From NCBI GenBank assembly GCA_016711505.1, contig JADJSV010000002.1, forward strand, positions 442,839-506,838: 64,000 bases of DNA. Direction: 5' to 3'. The translations under genes were made by a program, and so were the position numbers. The notes below the pieces were generated by a model. The model was not told where the DNA came from. It searched no databases and saw only the letters and a program-made list of their open reading frames with translations. Position 1 is the first letter of the stretch. Each line of letters opens with the position of its first letter. The DNA comes from Bacteroidota bacterium (GTDB lineage: Bacteria > Bacteroidota > Bacteroidia > AKYH767-A > 2013-40CM-41-45). Of this stretch, positions 43,666 to 56,900 are shown piece by piece.

Positions 43666-44644
43666 ATGAAAATCATCACCTTCTTTGTTTCACTTCTGCT
43701 TATTTTGAATTTCAGCTCTCTTCTTTTGAAAGCTGAAGAGATTTCAACGCCTGATACTGTCAATGTCGGATTATACATTACAAGTATTCATGACATAGAT
43801 TTCCGGCAGAAAGAATATTCCGTGAATCTGTGGCTATGGCTAAAATATAAGAACAGAGATTTTGATTTCATGAAAAATCTTGAAGTACCAATGGCAAAGT
43901 CTGTCGAAAAATCGTATGCAACTGTCGATACACTTGAAGATGGCCGGATCTATTTGCTGATGAAACTTCAATGTGTGATGAAAGGAACGTGGAAGATAAA
44001 TGATTTCCCATTCGACAGACAAAAATTACGATTTGCAATTGAGAATTCTATGTACGATTCTAAAGCATTGGTGTTTTCTGAAGATACTGTTGGGAAACAT
44101 TATGGTAAATATTTTTAATGGGATGGGAGAAAGACAGTTTCAATATTAAAACAGAAATGAAACGATATGAAACTGCTTTCGGTGACCCTAGAACTTGATA
44201 AACCGGAATCAGAGTACAGTAGTTATAAAGCTACAATTGTTGTCCATAGAAATTCATGGGAAATGTTTTTCAAGATATTTTTAGGAATGTATATCTCGTT
44301 TCTCATCTCCACGATATGCTTTTTGTCCACCTGACAATATGGAATCACGACTGGCTTTAAGTGTTGGTTCTTTGTTTGCTGTAATCGGTAACAAGTATAT
44401 AATTGATTCTTCACTTCCGGAATCCAATACGTTTACAATGGTCGATACACTGCATGGACTGACATTGCTTTATATTTTTCTTGTGATCGCATCTTCTGTT
44501 TATACGCTACGGCTTGTTCGTGCAGGATTTGAACACCGTTCTGAAAAACAAAACCGGTTGATGGGGTGGATGTTATTACTTTTTTATGTAGCGTTGAATA
44601 TATGGGTTATCCTGCAATCATATAATACGATTGCAACTGGATAA
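43666..44644 (+). pseudogene. Prokaryotic pentameric ligand-gated ion channel (Cys-loop receptor family) homologue, three frameshifts
   Basis: Signal peptide. Ligand-binding domain ..VNVGLYITSIHDIDFRQKEYSVNLWLWLKYKN.. with the loop motif ..INDFPFDRQKLRF... Then, in other frames, ..LMGWEKDSFNIKTEMKRYETAFGD.. and ..LELDKPESEYSSYKATIVVHRNSWEMFFKIFLGMYISFLISTICF.. (M1). Then ..PPDNMESRLALSVGSLFAVIGNKY.. (M2), M3 and M4. Shift sites: T5 44112-44116, C3 44186-44188, T5 44320-44324. Confidence 0.7.
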
Positions 44645-44692
44645 AAAATATGAGACAACTTATTTCCTGCATTGTTTAATTTATTATTGAAA

Positions 44693-45600
44693 ATGAAACA
44701 GATCGTATTTTTTATTTTATTGTCGTTTGCTTCCGTATCGAAGGCAAACATCCATTTACCATCCTTTTCCGGACTCAAATGCTTATTGGAATATTATAGT
44801 TGAAGTGTATTGTGCACCGATGAATAGCCATGTATTTGATCATCACTCTGTCGAAATCGGAGGTGATACACTTATCGGTGGAATTCAGTATCATACTTTT
44901 CAGGTACCATTCATTCAATCTGGAAGCAATGGCGTTTGTCCCTACTATCAGAGTGGATATAAAGGTGCGTTTCGTCAGGATACAACTTTAAGGAAAGTTT
45001 ATATTATATCTCCCGGTGATTCTCTGGAGCAAATATTATACGATTTTAGTCTTAATGTTGGTGATACTGTATCAGGATATCTGGTAAGAGATTTACCGAC
45101 AGTCGAAACGGTTATTAGTATTGATTCAATAATTATAGGAGGAAGTTACAGGAAGAGATGGCTGATTAATTCAATATATCCACTTTATATGACGGAAGGT
45201 GTAGGGTGGCATTACGGTTTAATTGTTCAATCACCAGGAATATTGCTAGACGCAACAAACATAAATATGACATGCTTTACACAAAATGGAATTGTTCTTT
45301 TTAATAATGGGTTTCCGGTGTGTGACCTGATTGATCAAGTTGAAAGAAATAATCAGGAACAAACAATTTTTGAGTTACCCAAATCCTGCAACATCAACGA
45401 CTAAGGTAAAATTGCCTTTATCTTTTGTCAATGGAAGATTTGAAGTTTATGATATTAATGGCAAATTAATTGAAGATTGCAGTGTTGGTGAGAACGTGGA
45501 TTTTGAATTTGATGTTACATCATTCCGGAAAGGAATTTATTTTATGAAATTTTATTCTGTTGAAGGGAAAAATACTTCGTTAAAATTAATTAAGGAGTAA
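44693..45600 (+). pseudogene. Small T9SS cargo protein, unknown function, two frameshifts
   Basis: ATG 44693 gives signal peptide MKQIVFFILLSFASVSKA. The frame changes at T4 44765-44768 (..ANIHLPSF|PDSNAYWNII..) and again at about 45340-45400, leading into the tail ..FLSYPNPATSTTKVKL..GIYFMKFYSVEGKNTSLKLIKE. Confidence 0.6.
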
Positions 45601-45855
45601 TTATAGAATCACATGTAATTGAATTTTTTCAGAATAGCAGTTAATTATACCTGATTTCTTACAGTTTACAATTATCAATTCTGCAATTGGGTTCTATTTA
45701 TTTATGAAATTGATTAAGAAAAATGGAAAATCATAGTTTTTACTGTACTGAAAGTTACTATTGATTACAGAAATGACTTTTAGTCAATCAAAAGTTGTTG
45801 AACTTTTGTTAGTGGAGTAGTATTAAATTGTGAATAAACACACTAAATCCACACA

Positions 45856-47225
45856 ATGAAAAAATTAATTACTCTTATTATTGTTTTTGCATTTTCGAAA
45901 ACAAATTTAAATGCACAACTTTTGAACGGTTCTTTTGAGAACTGGAGTACTGTGCAGTATAATGATCCTGCCGGATGGCATAATGGAAATGAGGAATCTG
46001 TTCCGACTATTGGTTCCGCATGTGTGACTGAAGTTGCAGGTGTAACCGGTTCAGCGATCAGACTTGAAACAATGGTAAATGAAAATGACACGGCTCAGGC
46101 TTTCTTTACTAATGGTGATCCTATGAGTGGTGAAGGCGGAGTACCATGTGCTTCTCAGCCCACTTCAATAACAGGAAATATACGTTACAACATTCCCGGA
46201 AACGATACTGCTCTTATTCTTATCATGTTCAAAAAGAATGGTGCCGTAGTCGGACAGAATGTTATACAGATAAAAGGAACCGGTATTCAGAATTCATTCG
46301 CACCATTTTCTTATCCTGTAACTTCTTCGGTTGCTCCTGATTCAGTTATTATCGCAGCAACATCAAGTAATTTATTAGGCAACGGTGGAGTAGAAGTAGG
46401 AAGTTTCATTGAGATCGATGACCTTGCCTTCGCAGGTGCTGCAGTTGCTATTCCTAATGGTGATTTTGAATCATGGTCGCTTCAACAGTTGATTTTGTTT
46501 CTGACTGGAATTCAAATGGAGATGTTCAGCGTACAATGGATAGCCAGGATGGTACATATGCTATTAAATTAACTACAGTTGATTATGGAAATGGTGACAT
46601 CGGTGCAGGTCAGGTATCAAATGGATACTATTCTCAGAACGGTCCTGTCGGTGGATTTCCTTATACTTTAACAAGTGATACACTTTGCGGATATTACAAA
46701 TACATTACTTCAGGTAGTGATTCAGCGGACATCAGCGTAACTGGCACCGTAAACAATTCTATCATCGGCGGCGGATTTCTTTCTTTTGGACCGGTATCGC
46801 AGTATACATACTTCGAAATTCCAATTTACTTTGGATCAGCACCTGATTCATTGCAGATAAATTTTTCATCGTCTCATTGGCCGTATTCAGGAAATTCTAT
46901 CGGCGGTACTTTGTACATAGATAATCTTGCATTGAGGTCACAACTTACTGCCGGTATTTCTAAGAATGAGAATAAAAATCCTTTCTCGGCCTATGTATTT
47001 CCAAATCCTTCAAGTCACCTTATCTCAATAAGAACAGAGCAAAATTTATATGGTACTTCTGTAGTATCGGTTTATGATGTCTCGGGTAGTCTTGTGAAAA
47101 GTGATATTATTTACAATTCAGGAAATACAATCGAACTTGACATTACAACTTTAAATCCCGGAAATTATTTCTTTAAAGTGATCTGTGGAAGTATTGTACT
47201 TCAGAGTTCATTTACGAAAAATTAA
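45856..47225 (+). pseudogene. T9SS cargo protein with two NG(S/D)FE(N/S)W-initiated beta-sandwich-like modules, one frameshift
   Basis: Signal peptide MKKLITLIIVFAFSKTNLNAQ. Module 1 begins LLNGSFENWSTVQYNDPAGW. Module 2 begins IPNGDFESW and continues as ASTVDFVSDWNSNGDV.. in another frame (GG 46475-46476). Tail ..AYVFPNPSSHLISIRTE..GNYFFKVICGSIVLQSSFTKN. Confidence 0.6.
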
Positions 47226-47254
47226 TTTCGGAATATTAATATAAAAAAAGGCCC

Positions 47255-47300
47255 TTAAGAAGTTGGGGTGTAGTCTGCAGACTACACCCCAACTTCTTAA
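47255..47300. terminator. Perfect 46-nt palindrome between convergent genes (bidirectional terminator candidate)
   Basis: TTAAGAAGTTGGGGTGTAGTCTGCAGACTACACCCCAACTTCTTAA. It is flanked by AAAAAAAGGCCC and a partly complementary GCCTTTC. Confidence 0.7.
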
Positions 47301-47326
47301 TGCCTTTCAATAAGTGATCTTGATTG

Positions 47327-47929
47327 TTAATTTTTCTCAATCACTACAGTCTGTGTTTTGACAATCGCTCCATCTCTTTCTAAAAGAAGAATGTAAACAC
47401 CGTTTGTGACATTTTCAATATTGATAGTATTTCTCATCAGACCTTCGCCTTTCAGATCTTTTTCTTCCAATATTAATTTGCCATACATGTCAATCAACCT
47501 GATGTTGAATTGTTCTCCACTCAGAGCGTCAAATTCAACATTGATATTTGATGCTGCAGGATTCGGATAAACACTGAAGATTCCTGCTTCTGTTTCATCC
47601 TCTTCACCCATTGTTCTGCAACCAAGATTTACGTTGATCGCTTTTGTTGAGAATGCAGAACTGCCGGAAGAATGGTTTGCTCTTACTGAAAGTGTAGCAG
47701 AATTTGATGTTGCAGATGTGAACCTGACTATTACAGTTCTTCCCGTTGTAGATCCCACAAAAGTTGCACCTCCTGTAATCGTCCATGAGTATGAAGTGGC
47801 TCCTGTTACAGAAGAAATACTATATGTAACATTCGTATTGGATTTGCAAACGGCCGAATTGCCGGAAATACTTCCCAGGTAGCCGGTGCCGGTGAAACGA
47901 CTAAGGAAGAAACAGGGCTCGAACCGCAT
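47327..47929 (-). CDS. Giant gene 2, C-terminal fragment (last PKD-like repeat and T9SS sorting domain)
   Basis: ..GSISGNSAVCKSNTNVTYSISSVTGATSYSWTITGG.. and the T9SS tail. The TTG-type start of this ORF is an artefact of the frameshift. Confidence 0.7.
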   Translation of the reverse strand: MRFEPCFFLSRFTGTGYLGSISGNSAVCKSNTNVTYSISSVTGATSYSWTITGGATFVGSTTGRTVIVRFTSATSNSATLSVRANHSSGSSAFSTKAINVNLGCRTMGEEDETEAGIFSVYPNPAASNINVEFDALSGEQFNIRLIDMYGKLILEEKDLKGEGLMRNTINIENVTNGVYILLLERDGAIVKTQTVVIEKN

Positions 47930-50900
47930 GTGCCATTCGCTCTGACTGTTATTGTACCTGTTGATGTAAAACTGTTCCCGTAATTTACTTTCACACTTGT
48001 ACCTGTCGAACTACCCGAGAAAGTTGCACCTGAAGGAAGCGTCCATGTATATGAAGTTGCATTCGGTACAGCACTGATTGAGTAGGTCTGACCGGTTTTC
48101 TTACACAAGTTAACAGTAGGCCCGTTGATCGCGCCTGGTGTTCCCGGGATGGATGATGAAATATTCAGTGTAGTAGTTGGTCCGTCACCACAAGCATTAC
48201 TTGCATAAACAGAAAGAGTCCCTGAATTAAATCCGGCCGGATAAGTAACATAAACTTTTGTAATTGCACTATCAACAGTCAGTGGATTTCCGGTTAAACC
48301 AAATCCATCCGAAATTACTGCTCCTGCCGGTGCTTCCCATGTATATGATGTTGCATTCAGGAATTTAAAGATCTGATAAGTTTTTGTTGTTCCCGGACAA
48401 ACTGAATTTGTTTGAGCTGAAGTGAATATAGGTGGAATTATTAATACTCCTAATGAATATGTTATTCTGAATCCGCTGCTTCCCATGCAATTTGTTGCTC
48501 TTACGGAGATCAATCCGGCGATGAATCCTGAAGGATAACTGATGCTAACCGTATTTGTTCCTTGTCCGGATAGTATGATAGCCTGTGTTCCGCCACCGAT
48601 ACTTAATACTGACCAGATATAACTTGTTGCATTTCCTACCGGAGCCACAGAATAAGTACTTACCTGTGGTCCGCAGATATTCTGTGTTCCTGTGATCGGT
48701 CCCGGTGTTCTAGGTGCAGAGGTAAATTGTGAAAGAGTTACTGTACTTGCAAAACTTGCTCCACATGAATTAACTGCTTGTACCGTTAACACACCTCCGG
48801 TATATGTACTTCCAAAACTTAAAGTTATCGATGTTGAAGTCGATGAACCTGTCGCACCTGCAGGAACTGTCCAGAGATAAGAGGTAGCTCCGGCAACCAG
48901 GGCGATACTGAAGACAACGCCAGTTTGATTTTTACATGCACCGGACGGTCCTGTAATAGAAGTTGGCTCACTAGGTACAGAAGATGTATTTGTTATCAAT
49001 GCAGAAGCATTACCTGTACAACCATTGTTATCAGTAATTGCTACCGAATAATTTCCTTCAGGTTGAGATGTTATTGATGAAGTGGTTTGTCCACCCGGTG
49101 ACCATAAATAAGTAAAAGGTGCAGCCCCGTTTATTACTGTTGCTGTTGCTGTACCATTGCTTAGATTACAAGTCGTATTAACTGTGCTTATTGAAGAAGA
49201 GATAGGAGCAGGCTCAACAAGGTTGATTGATGCACTTGTCGAACATCCATTAGCATCACTCACTGTATAGTTGTAGTTTCCGGCAGTTACATTGGTGAAT
49301 GTTCCTGTTCCGGTGTATGGAGACGTTCCTCCGATCGCTGTTACAGTAACTGATGTTGTTCCTCCATAACATGCTATTGATCCATTTGCAGTTGCTGATA
49401 ATGCTGATGGAGCCATGACTATTCCTGTTGCAACTGTTGAACATCCGTTTGCATCTGTTACAGTGAAACTATAAGCACCGGCATTAACTGTGAACGTACC
49501 GGTTCCTGTATAAGGTCCCGTTCCGCCTGTTGCGGTAACCGTAACTTCAGATGTACCGCCGTTACATGAAATTGGTGTAGCAGTTGCAGATGCAACAAGC
49601 ATCATCGGTTCTGTAATTGTAATTGATGTATTTCCTGAACATCCATTTGCATCTGTTACTGTTGTATTGAATGAACCTGCCATAACAGTAAATGTTCCTG
49701 TACCTGAATAAGGTGGTGTTCCACCGGTTGCAGAAATAGTTATCTGTGTGTAGTCACCATAACATAATACTGGTGTCGCACTTGCTGTAGGTTCTACTTC
49801 TGTTGGCTCAGTCAATGTTATTGTTGTAGTCGCTGTACAGCCATTCGCATCAGTAATATTGTACGTATACGTTCCGGCACCTTCATTAAATGTTCCTGTT
49901 CCTGTATAAGGAGCAGTTCCACCTGTAGCCGTAACAGTAATATCTGCATGATCTTTATTACACAAAATTATTCCTGCAGTAGAATTTGCAGTCAGTTCAT
50001 TTCCTACCGTCAATACTCCCGGTTCATATACGAGAATATAATTGGCAGGAGTATCAGCTTGTACCAGATCACTCGGAACGATCTGATAAGTTCCACCTGC
50101 AAGATTGCCACTGCCAACATTCACATTCATGTTGTCAAGAATTGTGAAGGTCGGACCGCTTGCAATCACGTTACTGTCTGCATCTTCGTATTGGTAGATG
50201 GAGTTGGTGAACGTGTAAGCCGGTTGAATACCGTTACAACCTGCTGTATTATCGTTTGCTTTTACTGTGAGTGTTTCCGGAAGAATCGTTAAGTTACCAA
50301 GACCATAAGAGATATCGAAATTCTCAGACATCAATACACCCGGCGCAATGAGCCATGTTCCCACTGTATACCCGGAGATCATGTTCATCGAAGTAAATCC
50401 AGCGATAGTTACTGAATCATTCGGATCATCATATACATCGAGTGAATCCACGATAAGTACGGCATTCTCATTCGACTCTTCGTTGAATGTGTTGCTATTC
50501 ACAGCTTGTTTGCCATTAACGGCTTGCTTCCCATTCACAGCTTGCTTTCCATTCACGGCAGCTTTTCCATTGACAGCTTGTTTTCCATTCACGGCAGCTT
50601 TGCCATTGACTGCTTGCTTGCCATTGTAAAGAACAGCATTGGAAGAATCTACATGATAGTCGAAGATAGAAGCCGGGTTGACCGGAATATAATACGTCGT
50701 GTCGTAGACAATGCTGTTAACCGCTTGTTTGCCATTGACTGCTTGCTTGCCATTGACGGCTGCTTTTCCACTGACCATGAAACTCATGTTCAGGAAATCA
50801 GCAGGAGTAAGTGTTACACCATTTACCGCCTGCTTTCCGTCGATTAGTACCACTGAACTGGACATTGTTGATTGATGCTCTGTTGACAATGAATCAAGGA

Positions 50901-53900
50901 AAACCAGTTGATCGGAAGGATCAATGTTGGCTGTGTTATAATCATAATCAAATTGAATTTCCTTACCGTTGATCGCTTCACCATAAACCAATGTCATGTC
51001 GTTCGGCGTCACTGTGATCGGCATTCTTTCGATCGTGAGTACTCCGTCGATGAATTGATAGTTGAACAATTCTGACAAGGTCAATGAGAGAGGATTACTC
51101 AGATCAGTAACAGCAGAGTGACCTCTTCTGAAATACTGACCAATGTCAGATAGATTAGTAGCGTTTGATGAGAAAGTAATATCAGTCAGACCAAGCGTAG
51201 CAAGAGTCTGTCCTGTACTTGCTAAAGGCACATCATTGATCGTAACATCAAAAGAATAAGCAGGAATAACCTCGCCATATTTCTTGTTAACGCTGTTGAT
51301 CGTAACTTTTACATTCTGCGGAATAGTGCTAAGTAGGTAGATTGAATCACTCGCTCCACCATCCAGACCACTTGGAGCGATCGGCGGATTGTAAACCACC
51401 AGTGGAGGATTACCTAAAAATTCAGGCAAGTCGACTGTGATCTGATTTCCAATTACAGTAGCAGGAAGAGTATCGTACTGGAAGATGACCGAAGCATCAG
51501 GAGCAATGTATTCACCATTGATGACAAGCGTGATCGGTTGTAATCCCGGTGTGAATGCAGAATCTGCTAAATGATAATCATCGATGATCGGGAACGGATT
51601 AGCAAATGTCTGCAAGGCAGCATCGGCCTGAATAAATCCTGCTCCTGTTGCTGCATCATATCCTGCACCATCCATGTTGATGGCAGTCGATTTCAAGAGT
51701 GCTTTCATTTGTGCACCGTTGAATGTTTCGCCTGCATAATATTTTTCTTTGGCTTCAATCAAAAGAGCAGCCACACCCGCAGCATGCGGAGCAGCAGCAG
51801 AAGTACCGAAGAAGTTAGGGAAAAGATCGTTGTCGATATTCTCACCACCGAAATTCACAGTTGTATTCCCACCGTTCGGAGCACAGAAGTCAGGCTTCTG
51901 TCTGTCGATACCATCGATAAGCACTCCACCTCTTGAAGAGAAGGAAGCTACTGTCGGAGGATTCACACCGTAGACAGGAGTGTTTTTGTACAACACTGCA
52001 CCGATCGACATAGCGCTTTCAGCATTTGCCTGTCCGATGACAGTACCGGTTCCCTGATTGTATTCATTGATCACACCTTCGCCACGGAAGATGACATATT
52101 TGAAACGAACATTACCAACACCACTCTTGCGGGTGATAATGATGTTTGCCTGCGAAGTAGCCTTCACAACAAATGGAAGGATCTCAAGTGGGTCACCATC
52201 GATGTTGTTACGATTGAAACCAAACAGACGTGCACCGAACTGATCGACAAGGAAGATGTCAAGGTCATTCTGAGCACCAACGATCTCACCGATAGAATAG
52301 AAATCATCATTCCATTGCAGAGCGATCGTATAAGTTCCTTTTGGAAGTGTTATGCTTTGATAGAAATCACCGCCACCGAAATCGTGTGCAGCACCGGCAT
52401 AACCGGCAGGAGCAACCATAGGAGTGAAGACGCCTTCATAAGATTTAATTCCGAAGTTACCTGCCGAAGTAAAGTAGTTCACACCGGAAGCAGAAACATC
52501 TTCCACAGCTTGTGCAATGACACCATCGCGGAAGAATGGTTCAGTGATATAAGTGATGTCATCGACAATTACTTTACATCCTGAATCACGAAGTGATTTG
52601 ATACCATCAGCAAAATTGCCGGCACTGATGAATCCTGAACGGAACATCAGTTCAGCATTCGGAGCCACATCGTGAACAATCTGCAGCATGGCACGACCTT
52701 CATCAGTTCCTGTTCCATAAGGATATTCTTCAGAAACAATTACGTCTGTGTTGAAATTCGGGTTAGCAGCTCCGGGAAGGTCGCCATTCTGAACATCACG
52801 TTCAGCAGGAGTAGGACTTCCGAATTTTGTATTGTAACTATCAGAAAGCACACCCACTTTTACACCATCACCGGAAACTTTCCAGGCTTGTTTGGCTTTG
52901 TGTGACATCTGAGCTGAATCACCTTGCGATGTAGTTAATCCTGTTGTAGCAAAGGCACTGCTAATAGGTGAATAGTAAGGTCGAACATAATTGATAAGTA
53001 TCGGTAATGAATCCAGTTTCGGCAAATTCGCTATCGGGAACATGCCGGTAATGATCAGAGTTGTATCACCATTGTCAATAATGCTGTTCATGCCATAAGC
53101 AGGAGTTTGCAATAAAGCAAGAAGTGTATTGTACTGACCGATGTTTGAAATTACCTCGATCAAAACTTCACCTTGATTATCGTCAATGAGGAAGATATTG
53201 TTTGTTGCAGTAGTGTCTACTAATGAATCCGGATAAGAATAGAGCTGAGTCAACTCTGCACCGATCAGATTGTCGATCGTGTCATTCGTAGGTGGCTCGT
53301 AATATGGAATGATACAATTAGTAACAAATACTTTCAATTCAAAGGAAGCAGTACAGCCCACAGCATCAGTTACATTATAAAAATAAGAACCTGTAACGAG
53401 ATTCGTTGTGTCATCACCTGAATAAGTATATGGTGCAGTACCATTGAGAGGTACAAGGTTTACGCTTCCACTTGTTAATCCGCTTTCTGCACAAACAAAT
53501 AAGGTATCGCCTGCGGAAGTGGTCAATTCTAAATTACATGCGAAACCTTCATCTACCAATCCATCGCAATCGTCATCGACACCGTTTAATACTTCAATTG
53601 CATCCGGATTAATATCTATATGGTTGTCATCACAATCTAAATCATTTGATCCATTACCACATGCTACTGCAGGTCCTGCTCCATATCCATCACCATCCAA
53701 AGCGTCATACATGAATTGATAGTCATTGCAATCATTGTTGTCAGTAACAAATCCGCTTGGCGGTGTATTTGAACAGCTTTGAGTTGAATTATAAAAATTA
53801 CCAAATCCATCACCATCAACATCTGCATAGTACGTATATGTTACATTTTGTGTTGTGTCATTATCATTACAATCAGTATTCGTAGTAACACTTCCGCAAG

Positions 53901-56900
53901 CAATCAAAATGCCTGAGCCAATTCCATCATTGTCAAGATCTGCATAGGTTAATAATGAATCATTGCAATCTGTAGAGTCTGAATTATAACCCCCGGGAAC
54001 GAATGAACATGAGTATTTAACATTGTTGGGATTTCCGAAACCGTCACCATCAGCATCTCTGTAATAAGCAACTCCCGGAATTACAGTAACGTCTTGCGTG
54101 CAAGTTGTAGAGTTATTAAATGCATCTGTTGCTGTCCAGGTAACTGTTGTTACACCAATTGGCAAACAAGTTGGAGCGTCATTAGTAAGAGTAACGTTTG
54201 AACATAAACTTGAAACAGTAGGGAAGGTAGGGCCAACTACAATTACACCGATAGCCATTGATGCTTCGTTTTCAAAATTTCTGTTTGGCTGGCAGAAATA
54301 ATCAAGTGTTCCTTGCTGACTTAAATAATATATTCCCGGAATAGTAGGAGCTGTAAATGTGATTGAAGAATAAGAAGCAGAATAACCACTATAAATATTT
54401 GCCTCGCACTGGATAGTCTGACTTGTTCCTCCGATTCCAATGTATGATTGAACAACACAGCCGGGACAATATCCGGTTTGAGAATCAAAGAACACAGAAA
54501 CATCATATCCAAGTGTTACTGTTGAACCACCGGTAACAACGGCGGAATTTCCGCCACCATTAATTGAAACGTTGTTGTATGAAATTCCTCTGTCTGCGTA
54601 ATCAACAGGTACACCTGTGATTACAGTTGCAGGGTAGAATTCTACGTTACAAGCTCCTGAAGCATCATTCTGACAAACAGTGAATGGTACAGGGCAAGTT
54701 GTAAATACAGGTGCTGAATTTTGAACAGTAACTACTGCTTCCGCGCATGCGCCCGGTGCAACACATCCTTCTTCTGCTCTTACATAATAATAAGTGGTTG
54801 CTGTTGGAGCAACAGTTATAGAACTTCCAACACTTAAATATGTACCGCCGCAACTACCTTCATACCACTGCCAGTCTGCAAAATCATTTAGGTCTCCTGA
54901 GTCAATACTTAATGTGATACTGTCGCCGGGACAATTGCTTGTCTGATTTATTACTACAGGGACATCAGCAGGTATACAACTAGAAATACCAATCTGGATA
55001 GCACCTAAACTTGTTCCTGTATAGTGCAATGTTGCTGTTGTTGCAGAACTCGCTAAGACATCAACAATTTCCCAAGCCTGACCGGTCCACATTCTTGCAA
55101 TCAGATTCGAAGGGTTAGCTGCTTGATCGATTTCAGTAGCGCCCCATTGTACATCAAGGTAATATTGATTGGTGGCTGCACCGGAAGAAGAAATTGTCCA
55201 TGTACGGTTAACAGATTTATTTGGATCAATTCCCGAAGATCCAATCAATGAATGATCAGCACCATCAGTTCTTACTATTATTCCACCCGGACTAGTGATA
55301 AAGGCGGAAAGCGTAACCGGTAAATATGAAGTTGTATCACCAATTGGATAAGTTAAACCAAGTGATGATTGATAATAAATTTCAAGATTACCATCAACAT
55401 AAGTAGTAGCAGTTCCGTTATAAATAGAAGCGCCATTCGCAATTACAATTTTTCCCGATCCTTGGGCACGGACAATTCCATAATTAAATGAAAGTTGATC
55501 GGTAATTGTTTGTGTTCCTGTAATCGTAACCAAGGAAGGGCTAAAACTGAAAGGTATAAATGTTGAGATTATTCCATTCCCGTTAATTGTAACAGAGCCG
55601 GTTCCCGTGATAAACTGAGAAGTGTTTAATGATCCATTATTGATCAAAGTACTTCCGCTATAGAAAAAACTTGCACTACCATTTACTTCTGCACCTGAAT
55701 TCACATCAAGTGTAGCAGCATTACTCCATGAGATACTACCTTCAATAGTCAGATCCGGACCTGTTCCATTGTTGATCACAAGTGTTCCGCTGTTTACAGT
55801 AAGTGTTCCTCCTGACTCTACAGTTGTCTGATCAATTGTAGTGCTACCATTTATATTCACGTTGTTTCCATTCCGGATCGTAATAACATTAGATGAAGCA
55901 GATGGTGCTGATACAGCAGGAATCCAGCTACATCCGTTATATTCTTCCCACGTTAAAGGATTACCCCAGTCGCCGGAAGTTACAGATCTGTAATCACCTG
56001 TTGGATCACATGGTTCGCCTATCTGAAATTCACCTAAAGCAATTTGACCACCATTCGACTGAATTGAATTTGATGACCGCGATAAAATTGATTGTGTAAA
56101 CCATGACCCATTACTGTAAAGGCTGACATTGTAGTTGTTATAATTTACACCTGCATCTTCATCTGCTGCATTCCAGTTGAGAGTGGATTGATAAGATGTA
56201 AAAGAAGTTCCATTGTTTGTCACTGACCAGGTTCTGTTTACAGTCTTTGCAGGATTCATTCCTGCAGTGCTTATATTCACATCATCACCTGCAACAGTTC
56301 TGGCAATAATAGAACCCGGACCGGAGATCGCAGGAAAACTTAATTGCATTTTAGCTTTTGAAGTTGCATCACCAATTTCAAAAGTTGCTACTCTGCTTAT
56401 TAGACCAGAACCTATTATATATTCAATAATTCCATTCACCCAGCAATTTGCTGTTGAAGTCTGAGTGATGCCATCGCTAAGTATAACTCTTCCGGCGCAA
56501 GTTAGAATACCATTCGTCCAGCTAACAGAAGTTTTGAGAAGTGGACTGTCAGTAAGAGTGAATCCGCTTGCATTGTTAAATGTAACGTTTGAAAAACTTC
56601 CGTTTCCTGCAATGGTTTGCAATGCAGTTCCACTAAAACTGATTGCACTCATTGAAACTTCGCCGTTATTCGTAAATGTACTTCCGGTAAAATTCATATT
56701 GCCGGTTCCATTTAGTCTACCTTGAGATGTTACATTATAAATTCCGGAATGAACTCCAACTGACGAATTCAAAGTGAAAATCCCTGCATTCACGTTAAAC
56801 GTTCCGTAATTGTTAAGTCTGTTTGGACTTGTCAGTGAAGTCGTATCAACATCATTTTTGTTTACAATTCCACCCACCATATTATTGAAAGCAGGTGCAA

